IMG/VR virus record: IMGVR_UViG_3300021963_005690
Coordinates: 19,584-83,583 of that record
Length of the DNA stretch: 64,000 bases
Source of the DNA: a virus
Reading direction: 5' to 3' (one strand)
In this document: positions 1 to 8,614 of the stretch, piece after piece
Numbering within the stretch: position 1 is the stretch's first letter
How the letters are laid out: each line of letters opens with the position of its first letter
Position numbers and translations under genes: made by a program
The notes under the pieces: generated by a model
Seen by the model: only the letters and a program-made list of their open reading frames with translations
What the model was told of the DNA's origin: nothing
Databases searched by the model: none

Positions 1-160
1 GCTATCAATTGATGCCCGCCTGGATCTAAAACTTGAATACATTCCTTCACAATCAATTCGGCAAACTTTTCAATAGCCTTACGGTCATAGTCATCCATTT
101 CATCCCAGCATCCTTGTGCTGTAAGTCCTGCATGATACATCAATTTTTCAATTTGTTCGT

Positions 161-391
161 TCATTCTTCAACTCCAAAATGTATCTTTGTATTCCAAATA
201 GCATCACTAAGACGCAACTTAGAATCACTAGCATCAGTCATAATTGTTACGCATTCCTTCACAATCAATTCGGCGAACTTCTCCTTAAAAATTTCGTACC
301 TCAACATACGTTGATAGTGTGTATAAGGAGCATGTTGCTCTGCCGCATAATCCTCAGCCTGTACAATAAGTTCTTTAATTCTTTCGTTCAT
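161..391 (-). CDS. hypothetical phage protein (EKFAELIV family); an apparent paralogue begins just downstream (about 33-164)
   Basis: 76-aa ORF; 'cattccttcacaatcaattcggc' occurs at both ~40-62 and ~253-274. Confidence 0.75.
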   Translation of the reverse strand: MNERIKELIVQAEDYAAEQHAPYTHYQRMLRYEIFKEKFAELIVKECVTIMTDASDSKLRLSDAIWNTKIHFGVEE

Positions 392-729
392 TACTTTACT
401 CCAAATGTGTTTAATGCTGGTTGCAATGTGTTAATTAATTCTGTTTCACGGGCATGTGCAGGACGCTTACCACGGACAACTTCCAATGTTCCAAATATAA
501 AACGTTCAGCACCACGCTCACGCAAAGCACGACTCAGACCCCAGTTTTTGTTTTCTGTCATAGCACGTTGCATATGTTTTTGCATACGACGGCGTAGTGT
601 CAAAAACACGTTGCCTTTGTATGAAAGTGCTGTTAAACCGATGTAGTACTCAAGTGTTACTGTATCACGGATATAGTATATCACTTGATTGCGATCTGTT
701 CTGCGTTTGCGGACGATTTTTGAGTTCAT
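391..729 (-). CDS. GIY-YIG domain protein
   Basis: VIYYIRD...YYIGLT motif, R and E..IN.LN spacing; promoter directly upstream. Confidence 0.75.
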   Translation of the reverse strand: MNSKIVRKRRTDRNQVIYYIRDTVTLEYYIGLTALSYKGNVFLTLRRRMQKHMQRAMTENKNWGLSRALRERGAERFIFGTLEVVRGKRPAHARETELINTLQPALNTFGVK

Positions 730-735
730 AGATGA

Positions 736-764
736 ATTATACGCCCAAATTGATTATTTGTCAA
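736..764 (-). promoter_or_regulatory. sigma70-type promoter
   Basis: TTGACA-17 nt-TATAAT on the minus strand. Confidence 0.85.
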
Positions 765-781
765 ATTTAGGCGTATAATAC

Positions 782-952
782 TTATTTCTTACGCTTGATA
801 ACTTCTAGGATCTTAGCTTCAAAATGCTCTGAATAGTGGCGCTCATCCCTTGAGTTTTCGCTGTTGGGATATTCCAAACATGTACGGAGACTATCAGCAA
901 GTTCCAAAATCTCTTTGACTTTGGGATTAACAATGAAAGTATACTTTGACAT
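782..952 (-). CDS. hypothetical protein, 56 aa (MSKYTFIVNPK...)
   Basis: ATG at 952 preceded by AAGGAAG; promoter upstream. Confidence 0.65.
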   Translation of the reverse strand: MSKYTFIVNPKVKEILELADSLRTCLEYPNSENSRDERHYSEHFEAKILEVIKRKK

Positions 953-981
953 ATCGTCTTCCTTTCTTCTACTGTAAAGAC

Positions 982-1010
982 AGTGTAGCATAAAGCCCAT
1001 TTATTGTCAA
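982..1010 (-). promoter_or_regulatory. sigma70-type promoter
   Basis: TTGACA-17 nt-TACACT with extended TG. Confidence 0.75.
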
Positions 1011-1019
1011 ATATTGGCA

Positions 1020-1088
1020 AAAATCGCTAGAAGTGTATCAGAGTGTATACCTGAGTATTCTAGCGATTTTGAAGCCCCTGAGGGGGCT
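1020..1088. repeat. nested inverted repeats / hairpins
   Basis: AAAATCGCTAGAA (1020-1032) pairs with TTCTAGCGATTTT (1058-1070); second hairpin AGCCCCTGAGGGGGCT at 1073-1088. Confidence 0.7.
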
Positions 1089-1129
1089 AAATGAGTACTT
1101 TTGTTTCTTAAAAATGTAATACTTAAGTA

Positions 1130-1423
1130 TTAGTGAATTACTTGACCTACACTTGTATTAAGCCACGTTTTAATTTCTTTACGTAATTCTTTTTCTGTAT
1201 AACCCATTTCTCCTAAACGGGCTATTAATGAAACAAATAATCCATGACTTGCAATACCATATATATAAGTATCATCATCATTATCCAGTTCAAATTTATC
1301 TAATTGAGATAATAATACATCATTAATGAATTCTGATGCGATAATGGCACTATGTTCAAATTGCCACATTTCCGGATCGTCATCTTCTACTTCTTTAACT
1401 ATTAATAGATTCTCTTTGCTCAT
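1130..1423 (-). CDS. hypothetical acidic protein
   Basis: 97-aa ORF with GGAG RBS. Confidence 0.75.
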   Translation of the reverse strand: MSKENLLIVKEVEDDDPEMWQFEHSAIIASEFINDVLLSQLDKFELDNDDDTYIYGIASHGLFVSLIARLGEMGYTEKELRKEIKTWLNTSVGQVIH

Positions 1424-1895
1424 TATTATTCTCCGAGTTATTATCTGTATTTACTATCGGTGTATATTCATAATTAATTGTTTCTATATTCTCTCTAAAA
1501 ATAATAGCCCCATTACGTAAATGAAATCTCCTAGCCATATTAGTTTTAGGACTTAATGTTACAAATCTAGTAACACTTGGATATTGTTCCTGAATGCCCT
1601 TAACCGCTCTATATAATAACTCAGCACCTTTACCGGCTTTATAACTCCATATAGTATAGAATACTGCGGTTGTCGGTACTTGTGTAGTGTTATCTAAATC
1701 TTTTACATTTTCTGGAATAAAATCATGGAAACTAACACATACCATAGCGTCCGGATTATCTTGTGATTCATCGGTTAATGCGGCAACTAATCTCCCATTA
1801 CTAACTCTAAAATCGGCTGAAATTTCAGGTCTTACTGGGTCGTCTTTAATAAATTCTAATAGTTTGTGTGTGATATCTTTGATAAAGTGTAGCAT
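1395..1895 (-). CDS. GNAT-fold protein resembling the malonyl-CoA decarboxylase catalytic domain
   Basis: TAVFYTIWS..G.G..L...V..IQ..YP.VTRFVTLSP motif. Confidence 0.55.
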   Translation of the reverse strand: MLHFIKDITHKLLEFIKDDPVRPEISADFRVSNGRLVAALTDESQDNPDAMVCVSFHDFIPENVKDLDNTTQVPTTAVFYTIWSYKAGKGAELLYRAVKGIQEQYPSVTRFVTLSPKTNMARRFHLRNGAIIFRENIETINYEYTPIVNTDNNSENNNEQRESINS

Positions 1896-1983
1896 TTTAG
1901 CCTCAGAGTTGTGTTATTCGTATTTAGCATAAATTCAAAATATGCTATTATTTAGCGACTTTTTTTAACCACTAAATATTATC

Positions 1984-2892
1984 ATGAAAAATGTTATTGA
2001 ATGGAATGTTGGATTAAATGGGTTCAAGAAATGTACACTAGAATTAGGAGAAAATTCTCATAAATTTACCACAGAATTATTAGATGTTCCATTTGAATAT
2101 GGTCGTGATATTACGGACATATTTAATGACCATTTATCAAATAGACAGACCAAATATGTAGAGGTATTATATAGTGGTGGATTAGATAGTGAATTAGTAT
2201 TGTTATCCTGTATTAAAAACAGTATACCAGTGATAGCAATGACATTAGTTATTAAAATAGAAGGGTTAATCATTAATACACATGATTTATATTATGCTGA
2301 GAAGTTTTGTAGAGAACATAATATAATTCATAAACTTGTTGAATTAGATGCCGATAACTTTTTTCAGAATGGTAAACATTTACCTTATTTGACACCTTAT
2401 TATATCACAGAACCTCATGTAGCAACACATTTATGGTTAATTGAACAATGTAATTATTTCCCTATTATGGGCGGTGATTGGCCTTGGGTACAAATCAATA
2501 AAGAAAATAAAGTATTATCACCTAGTAGACTAGAGTTTTCTAGTTATGAAAGATTTATGACTGATAAAGGTATACACGGAATTGGAAATATGGTTGGGTA
2601 TAGTTTGGAATCTAGTTGTAAACTAATACAAATACATTTGAACAATCATACAGTTAATGAATCATCCGTATCTAATTTCAAATCAAGGATGTACCAAACT
2701 ATGTACTCTGAATTAGAACCTAGATTAAGAAGTTATGGATGGGAACATAATAAAACTAATTCATTTAATCTAATAAAGTATAAAATAGAGTTAATTAAAC
2801 AATTAAAACCTACTATCCCACTTATTAAATGGAATAACACCATTAAAACACTATTAAACACACCTGTAACAGAAAATGACAAATTCAACTAA
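1984..2892 (+). CDS. PP-loop (adenine nucleotide alpha-hydrolase / Asn-synthase-like) ATP pyrophosphatase
   Basis: VLYSGGLDSE motif. Confidence 0.75.
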   Translation: MKNVIEWNVGLNGFKKCTLELGENSHKFTTELLDVPFEYGRDITDIFNDHLSNRQTKYVEVLYSGGLDSELVLLSCIKNSIPVIAMTLVIKIEGLIINTHDLYYAEKFCREHNIIHKLVELDADNFFQNGKHLPYLTPYYITEPHVATHLWLIEQCNYFPIMGGDWPWVQINKENKVLSPSRLEFSSYERFMTDKGIHGIGNMVGYSLESSCKLIQIHLNNHTVNESSVSNFKSRMYQTMYSELEPRLRSYGWEHNKTNSFNLIKYKIELIKQLKPTIPLIKWNNTIKTLLNTPVTENDKFN

Positions 2893-3466
2893 ATTTGATA
2901 CACATGAATCTTTTTATCATGGATTAATTAAAAGCAAAATATGGTTATGTGAGGAACTAGAAACAGCTATATACCGTGAATGTATTAGCAAACCCTCATT
3001 ACATATTCTTGGATGTTGGGATAATCTATTAGCATTCATGCTACTTACACGTAAACCTACATTCTATTATGAAGTTCATGGTTATGATATAAATCCAGAA
3101 GCAATAAGTAATGCCAATAAAGTATGTGACATGTGGAAATATGAATCTCCTAAAGTTTATAATCATGTACAGGATGTGAATAACTATGATTATAGTACAT
3201 GTGTAAACAGTATCTTTATCAATTGTAGTATAGACCAAATGGATAGCAATAATTGGTATAATTCAGTACCAAAAAGTAGTTTAGTATGTGTTCAAACTAC
3301 TAATATGAAAGATCCAGACTTTCCGTGGTTTATTAAACAAACAACAAATAGTTTGGATGAATTAGTTGAACGGTTTAATCTGAGTAATTTGATATATTCC
3401 GGTGTGACAAACATACAATATGAAACTAATGGTTATAAACGCTATATGATTATAGGACGTAAATGA
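2876..3466 (+). CDS. class I SAM-dependent methyltransferase-like protein
   Basis: ILGCW motif I, GYDINP, INCS..., YKRYMIIG. Confidence 0.65.
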   Translation: MTNSTKFDTHESFYHGLIKSKIWLCEELETAIYRECISKPSLHILGCWDNLLAFMLLTRKPTFYYEVHGYDINPEAISNANKVCDMWKYESPKVYNHVQDVNNYDYSTCVNSIFINCSIDQMDSNNWYNSVPKSSLVCVQTTNMKDPDFPWFIKQTTNSLDELVERFNLSNLIYSGVTNIQYETNGYKRYMIIGRK

Positions 3467-3488
3467 TTAGTAAAGAATAAATACATAT

Positions 3489-4394
3489 ATGGATGATTAT
3501 AAGCATTTTTCACAATTATGCGAAAGCATAGTTTCAGAAGTCAGTACCGCAATGGCACAATTTACTGGACCGGGCGCACAGGAAGTATTAAAACAACTAC
3601 ATTCTAAAGAAGCTTTGGGACATGATGTTGAACCTGAACCTGCAGTCAGACCTAAATGGACTGATCTCAAAGATAGTCCTGGCACATGGTTGTTAATAGC
3701 AGGTAATAAAGGATTTGGTGCAGTAAGATTTATGGTATCTGATACTTATGGTAGAAGGGCATCAAAGTCTGGTTCGTATCAAATATTTACTAGTAATGGT
3801 AGACCTGATCCGGATGAAGGCAATATGGTATATTCTACCTTTGCAGACAATGTTACTGATGCTAATGGTTTGTTAAAAAGTATTATAGGTGATGCTAGAA
3901 AATTTTACTTTGTAGATAGTGAGTACTCTAAACAATTAAATCAAACTCGTGGTGAAAATAAACCTATATCAGACTTTAACTCTGTTAATGTAACCACCTT
4001 GACCAAACGATTTAAACCACTTTTTAGAAAAATATTAGTTGCTTCTAAAGCTGATATTAATGGTGTTATTGCTAGTATGGCAAAAAATGATGCTCATCAC
4101 AAAGTAGATAAAAAAATTGACCAAGTAAAATTAATTGACCAGGCAATCCAGGGTTTAGATAACAATGAGATAAGTGACGTCCTTGGCAATGCAGTTAGTG
4201 CTAGCGTAATATTAACAGCAAGATATTACTATCCGCAACTTACTGGTAATGTAACTAGTGGTTATAGATATCGTGATAATGGTTTAATGGCAGAAAGAAA
4301 TGACGGTGTGATAAAGGTATTAGCAGATATATCTAACGGAGATAGAGAGAAATTAAGTGCTGTTCTCGCATATCTAAAAAGGAGTTTAGTATAA
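3489..4394 (+). CDS. hypothetical protein, possible virion-internal protein
   Basis: 301-aa ORF after an ATAAATA motif. Confidence 0.75.
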   Translation: MDDYKHFSQLCESIVSEVSTAMAQFTGPGAQEVLKQLHSKEALGHDVEPEPAVRPKWTDLKDSPGTWLLIAGNKGFGAVRFMVSDTYGRRASKSGSYQIFTSNGRPDPDEGNMVYSTFADNVTDANGLLKSIIGDARKFYFVDSEYSKQLNQTRGENKPISDFNSVNVTTLTKRFKPLFRKILVASKADINGVIASMAKNDAHHKVDKKIDQVKLIDQAIQGLDNNEISDVLGNAVSASVILTARYYYPQLTGNVTSGYRYRDNGLMAERNDGVIKVLADISNGDREKLSAVLAYLKRSLV

Positions 4395-5611
4395 TGAGAG
4401 CAATACACTTTTTAGCAGAAGCTGATATCAGCACTAATATAATGAAAGATCCTAAGCTAGCAAAAATGTTAGCTATAGCTGTCAGACATGATAGAACATT
4501 CCCAAAAAATGAAATAGCAGATATGGGTCCAAGACCTACTGTTGCTGATTATGTTCAAGCTTGGAGTAAATTAGTTAATCAAACACTAGCTAAGAATGAC
4601 TACGGTGATCTAAGTAAAGAAGGTAAGTTTGATAATTGGTTATTAAAACTATATAATAATCACGCAATAGATTATGAAGATTTGAATGGTGAAGGTGGTG
4701 ACGCATTGGGTGCATGGCAAGCATTAAGCACACGTGGTTTATTAAAGAAGCCAGACCAAGACTTTAATAAGTTTTCTAGTATACGGTCATTACAACAGGC
4801 AATGGAAAAAGACGAGTATCGTAATACTCTAAGAAGAATCAAAGATGCTGAAGCATTAGAAAAACATAAACGCACTAGAAAAGAAATAGTACTATTAGAT
4901 AATGACAGATTTCATGTTATAATGCCATTAAACTATGGTGCTTGTTATACATTTAATAATCAAACAGGACACATGAGTAATTTCTGTACCGGTGGTTCTA
5001 GTGGATTGAATTGGTTTAATAATTATGCTCCTGATGGTCCTATCATTAGTATAATTGATAAACAAAATGTTGATAATAAGAACGGTAAGTGGCAACTACA
5101 TGCGCCTACTAGTCAACTTGTAAATAGTACGCAGGATCAAAGATATAACAGAACTGGAGCCGATCTTGAGTTTTCTAAAAGATTCCCTGGTTTAATGAAA
5201 GAAATTGTTAGAGCTATGCTTACAAAAGCAGGTGAAGTAAAAACCGGCAGTAAAGAAATTAGTCCACCTGATGGATATGATGTTAGAGAAGCGGCTAAAC
5301 AAATAGTAGCAAAATTTCCTCAAAGTTATAAATCAGTACCAGGTGCGCCGGGCAAAGAAGAAGTGCCTGATAATGTTTTTGTAAATCAACCAGCAGAACC
5401 GGAACCAACTCAGGCAACGCAACCTACTGAGCCTGAAGGTCCACGTATAAGTGATTGGAGAATCTATAATGCAGGAAGACAGGTTGCTACAGCAGTAAAT
5501 AAAACACAACAGCAAGCTATGCAAGAACTAGAAAAATATGCTGTAAAGAATAGAATACCTAGAGGTCGTATGTATATGAGTGATTATTCTAACAATCAAA
5601 TAGTCAGATGA
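4394..5611 (+). CDS. hypothetical protein, possible virion-internal protein
   Basis: 405-aa ORF, translationally coupled (TAATG); MRAIHFLAE N-terminus; FCTGG...WFNNY...GP...KWQLH core. Confidence 0.75.
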   Translation: MRAIHFLAEADISTNIMKDPKLAKMLAIAVRHDRTFPKNEIADMGPRPTVADYVQAWSKLVNQTLAKNDYGDLSKEGKFDNWLLKLYNNHAIDYEDLNGEGGDALGAWQALSTRGLLKKPDQDFNKFSSIRSLQQAMEKDEYRNTLRRIKDAEALEKHKRTRKEIVLLDNDRFHVIMPLNYGACYTFNNQTGHMSNFCTGGSSGLNWFNNYAPDGPIISIIDKQNVDNKNGKWQLHAPTSQLVNSTQDQRYNRTGADLEFSKRFPGLMKEIVRAMLTKAGEVKTGSKEISPPDGYDVREAAKQIVAKFPQSYKSVPGAPGKEEVPDNVFVNQPAEPEPTQATQPTEPEGPRISDWRIYNAGRQVATAVNKTQQQAMQELEKYAVKNRIPRGRMYMSDYSNNQIVR

Positions 5612-5616
5612 TAGCC

Positions 5617-5646
5617 AAAAAAATAGACCCCGAAGGGTCTATTTTA
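5617..5646. terminator. bidirectional intrinsic terminator between convergent genes
   Basis: AAAAAAATAGACCC-CGAA-GGGTCTATTTT. Confidence 0.8.
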
Positions 5647-6246
5647 CATTGCAGGTCCATTCCCGTTCTTGAATCCTACACTACCACCTTCTGCTTCAAT
5701 ACGTTTGATAACATCCTCAAACAGTATAGGTCTATAGTCTGTATGCTCAACACAAACACAATGATAACGAACATCAATATAATGTCTAGTACCACGTTGG
5801 TGAAACTCATGTAATGTTTCAACATGTTTCATTACACGATTAGCATGTAAGTGACCGTGAATGTTAGTGCCAAATCGACCCAATGATTCAGTATGAATTG
5901 GTATATGACTTAATATCATACCGTTCATAACATGATACGCACGTAGTTCACGGAAGTACTGTCTATATTCATCATCACGGAAGATATCGTGGTTACCACG
6001 AATCAATACTTTATCACCGTTTAAACGACCCATAATCTTTAATGCTTTTCTATTGATAACAACATCACCACAATGATATACTTTATCATTAGGTCGTACT
6101 GTTTCATTCCAACGCTTAACCATTTCTTCATCCATTTCATCTGGGTCAGTCCATGGTCGAAGTTTTGTAACACCGTCGTTACGTGTAAAATGACATACTC
6201 CGGCATGCCCGAAGTGTGTATCCGATACTAAAAATACTGCGGGCAT
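5644..6246 (-). CDS. calcineurin-like metallophosphoesterase
   Basis: SDTHFGH, GDV, GNHD, SHIP, HGHLH motifs. Confidence 0.9.
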   Translation of the reverse strand: MPAVFLVSDTHFGHAGVCHFTRNDGVTKLRPWTDPDEMDEEMVKRWNETVRPNDKVYHCGDVVINRKALKIMGRLNGDKVLIRGNHDIFRDDEYRQYFRELRAYHVMNGMILSHIPIHTESLGRFGTNIHGHLHANRVMKHVETLHEFHQRGTRHYIDVRYHCVCVEHTDYRPILFEDVIKRIEAEGGSVGFKNGNGPAM

Positions 6247-6260
6247 ATAATTCCTTTATT

Positions 6261-6337
6261 TGGCATCCCCGGACCGAATTGAACGGCCAACCTTTGAGTT
6301 TGGAGCTCACTGCTCTGCCTAATTGAGCTACGGAGAC
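6261..6337 (-). tRNA. tRNA-Trp(CCA)
   Basis: cloverleaf, loop CTCCAAA, G73, encoded CCA. Confidence 0.9.
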
Positions 6338-6340
6338 ATA

Positions 6341-6955
6341 TTACTTTTGTTTTCTAGGCATACCACCTTTTTTCCAGCCTAGATTTTCATATTCTAAGAG
6401 TTCGTTTTTATCTATGCGTTTGGCACAATTACCGTTATTAACCAGTATTTTACCTAAATTTGCTTCAGCTACTTTAGTATTATGTGCATCAGACCTAGAC
6501 ATTTTAGCGATTGTCTGCATATGAAGGCGATGTGCTTCAGGATCCTTTTTAGACCAATTATTATCAGAAAGTTTTTTCCTAGTTTTGTCAGTAATTTTTT
6601 GTTTCAATGATGCCTGTCTTTGTTTTTCTTTAGTGGCATCGGTGTGCTTTAATCCAGTAAAGGCTCCCACGATACCTGGATTTCCACCACTGCCTCCTAT
6701 TTTTAAATTATATGATAGAGGATCATTTATTAAATTTTCAGTAACAATTTGTCTTTCTAAATCAAACATTTCAATCTTTGAATTTGCAAAATGCAATATT
6801 TCCACTTTAAAATTCTCATGCCCATATTTTTTTATGGCATGTTTTAAATGTTTGCCGGATCCTAAATAACCATCATTAATATTTGCAGTTTGATGACAAC
6901 CCACATAATATTTATTATTGATTAAATTTGTAGTTCTATATATTATATAATGCAT
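6341..6955 (-). CDS. GIY-YIG homing endonuclease with NUMOD3-like repeats (Seg-like)
   Basis: IIYRTTNLINNKYYVGCH, YLGSG, YNLKIGG, HTDATKEK. Confidence 0.9.
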   Translation of the reverse strand: MHYIIYRTTNLINNKYYVGCHQTANINDGYLGSGKHLKHAIKKYGHENFKVEILHFANSKIEMFDLERQIVTENLINDPLSYNLKIGGSGGNPGIVGAFTGLKHTDATKEKQRQASLKQKITDKTRKKLSDNNWSKKDPEAHRLHMQTIAKMSRSDAHNTKVAEANLGKILVNNGNCAKRIDKNELLEYENLGWKKGGMPRKQK

Positions 6956-6980
6956 AATCTATTTATGCATTTAACAAAAA

Positions 6981-7010
6981 ACCGGTATGCTGCCATTACA
7001 CTAGGGAGAT
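6981..7010 (-). pseudogene. 5' half of a tRNA gene, probably Trp, truncated before the anticodon loop
   Basis: ATCTCCC-TA-GTGT-AATGGCA-GCAT-A-CCGGT then a T run; acceptor strand complementary to the GGGGAT end of the downstream tRNA-Trp. Confidence 0.65.
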
Positions 7011-7015
7011 TTTGT

Positions 7016-7237
7016 TTATAAATTTTTTCTAATACGTTTGAGATATTCTCGTCCAACAAGTCCTTGCTCAATTTCTTCTAATGCAGTTACCATTGGTCCT
7101 GATTTAGTATTGAGGGTAGAACGATGACCACGCTTTAATTCTCTTACTCTTTGTGATGCTATAAGAACTAAATCAAAACGATTACCAACCATGTTTGCGG
7201 CTTCTTCACTTGTATATCTTGCTCTGCTTTGTGACAT
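7016..7237 (-). CDS. rpoZ: RNA polymerase omega subunit homologue
   Basis: AR.T.E.A...VGNRFDLVLIASQRVREL..G ... P.VTALEEI..G. Confidence 0.85.
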   Translation of the reverse strand: MSQSRARYTSEEAANMVGNRFDLVLIASQRVRELKRGHRSTLNTKSGPMVTALEEIEQGLVGREYLKRIRKNL

Positions 7238-7246
7238 ATTTTTCCT

Positions 7247-7387
7247 TTATCTTGTTACTTTTCTAATTAATTTATACCAATAGTATTTGAAACCACGGAA
7301 CACTATGATATCAAAAGTAATTACAGGAGTAACTTCTTTTACAATGTGTCCGTATGCTCTATTGATTACATCTTCACTTTTGCTCAT
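7247..7387 (-). CDS. small hypothetical protein
   Basis: 46 aa, AAGGAG RBS. Confidence 0.65.
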   Translation of the reverse strand: MSKSEDVINRAYGHIVKEVTPVITFDIIVFRGFKYYWYKLIRKVTR

Positions 7388-7402
7388 ACTTACTCCTTTA
7401 TT

Positions 7403-7478
7403 TGGTGGGTCGTGACAGGCTCGAACTGCCGACATTCTGCGTGTAAGGCAGACACTCTACCAACTGAGTTAACGACCC
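7403..7478 (-). tRNA. tRNA-Val(TAC)
   Basis: TCTGC-CTTACAC-GCAGA; CCA end. Confidence 0.95.
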
Positions 7479-7483
7479 GATTT

Positions 7484-7663
7484 TTAACCACCTTGGTTAC
7501 TATCTTTAACTTCTGATTGACTAGCAATTTTTTCAAATGCTTCATCTTCATTCTTTTGATCCTCAATTATTCTTGGATCAGGCTTACGAAAGATATTATC
7601 CCAGTTGTTATTAAACGTTTTTAAATCAACACTATAGGGTCTTGGTAAGCTACCTTTACTCAT
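7484..7663 (-). CDS. small hypothetical protein (MSKGSLPRPYSVD...NWDNIF)
   Basis: 59-aa ORF read manually; ATGA-coupled to the upstream ORF. Confidence 0.65.
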   Translation of the reverse strand: MSKGSLPRPYSVDLKTFNNNWDNIFRKPDPRIIEDQKNEDEAFEKIASQSEVKDSNQGG

Positions 7664-7827
7664 TTACTATTATCCTTACGAGAACTTGTACGTGAATTGC
7701 TTTTTTCAATCTCAACATAACTACGAATAAAATCCCCACGTACATGTGCATCACGAATTAGTGTTGCCGCACGTTTAACTGCTTTAGGGATTTTAACTGC
7801 CCTTGAATCATAACCTCTACATGTCAT
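7660..7827 (-). CDS. small basic hypothetical protein (MTCRGYDSRAVKIPK...)
   Basis: 55-aa ORF with AAGGAAA RBS. Confidence 0.6.
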   Translation of the reverse strand: MTCRGYDSRAVKIPKAVKRAATLIRDAHVRGDFIRSYVEIEKSNSRTSSRKDNSK

Positions 7828-7850
7828 ACTATTTCCTTTTTAAAAATTAT

Positions 7851-7927
7851 TGGTCGGAATACAAGGATTCGAACCTTGGACCTCTTGCTCCCAAAGCAAG
7901 CGCACTACCAGGCTGTGCTACACTCCG
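7851..7927 (-). tRNA. tRNA-Pro(TGG)
   Basis: CTTGC-TTTGGGA-GCAAG; CCA end. Confidence 0.95.
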
Positions 7928-7929
7928 AA

Positions 7930-8079
7930 TTAACTTGGTATTATATGCGGTATATATGGAACATTACGTGGACCATGTCGTTGTTCAAGTAGTTTTTTAG
8001 CTTCTTGCACATTTGGTGCGTACACTTTGTCCTTCTTATCACCTTCCGGTGTTCTTACTGTTGCTTCATACATTGGCAT
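7930..8079 (-). CDS. small hypothetical protein (MPMYEATVRTPEG...)
   Basis: 49-aa ORF, AGGAG RBS. Confidence 0.65.
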   Translation of the reverse strand: MPMYEATVRTPEGDKKDKVYAPNVQEAKKLLEQRHGPRNVPYIPHIIPS

Positions 8080-8093
8080 ATAATTCTCCTATT

Positions 8094-8168
8094 TGGATGC
8101 GGGGGACGGATTCGCACCGCCGATCTTCAGGTTATGAGCCTGATGAGTTACTACTTCTCCACCCCGCG
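8094..8168 (-). tRNA. initiator tRNA-fMet(CAT)
   Basis: CGCGGGG start, C1:A72 mismatch, loop CTCATAA. Confidence 0.85.
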
Positions 8169-8170
8169 GT

Positions 8171-8381
8171 AATTAGTGAGACTGCTACTACACCACATAG
8201 CCCAATCTCTGAGTTGTTACACTGTCCATAACATTTATTCTTTTGGAAAGGTGTTATACCTCACCTAATGCGTTCCCGCCACTCCTTCACAGAGTACAGA
8301 TGGTCAATGCACTACATACCTAGCACTTTCTTTGGTGACTGCCCCACCCACTTTATAACGTTAAAGTGTAAACGGGTTTCT
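8171..8381 (-). ncRNA. putative structured ncRNA, copy A (trailer of tRNA-Ala)
   Basis: shares ordered sequence blocks and compensated hairpins with 11818-12012. Confidence 0.65.
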
Positions 8382-8457
8382 TGGTGGAGGAGACAGGGAT
8401 CGAACCTGCGACCTACTGGTTGCAAACCAGTCGCTCTCCCAACTGAGCTACACCCCC
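8382..8457 (-). tRNA. tRNA-Ala(TGC)
   Basis: ACTGG-TTTGCAA-CCAGT; G3:U70. Confidence 0.95.
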
Positions 8458-8466
8458 TAAATATTT

Positions 8467-8551
8467 TGGTGCCCTAGGTCGGACTCGAACCGACACATAT
8501 TTCTACGCCAGAACCTAAATCTGGTGCGTCTACCAATTTCGCCACCAGGGC
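8467..8551 (-). tRNA. tRNA-Leu(TAG)
   Basis: CCAGA-TTTAGGT-TCTGG, long variable arm. Confidence 0.95.
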
Positions 8552-8614
8552 ATTTAACTATTATATTAGAAAACTATTTATCTGTCTAGTACTTTTGGGT
8601 AGCTAAATAAATTT

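Noticed and set aside
6261-7010. Group I intron-split tRNA with an internal endonuclease
   Set aside because: The downstream tRNA-Trp is already complete, and there is no room or motif for an intron core around the ORF.
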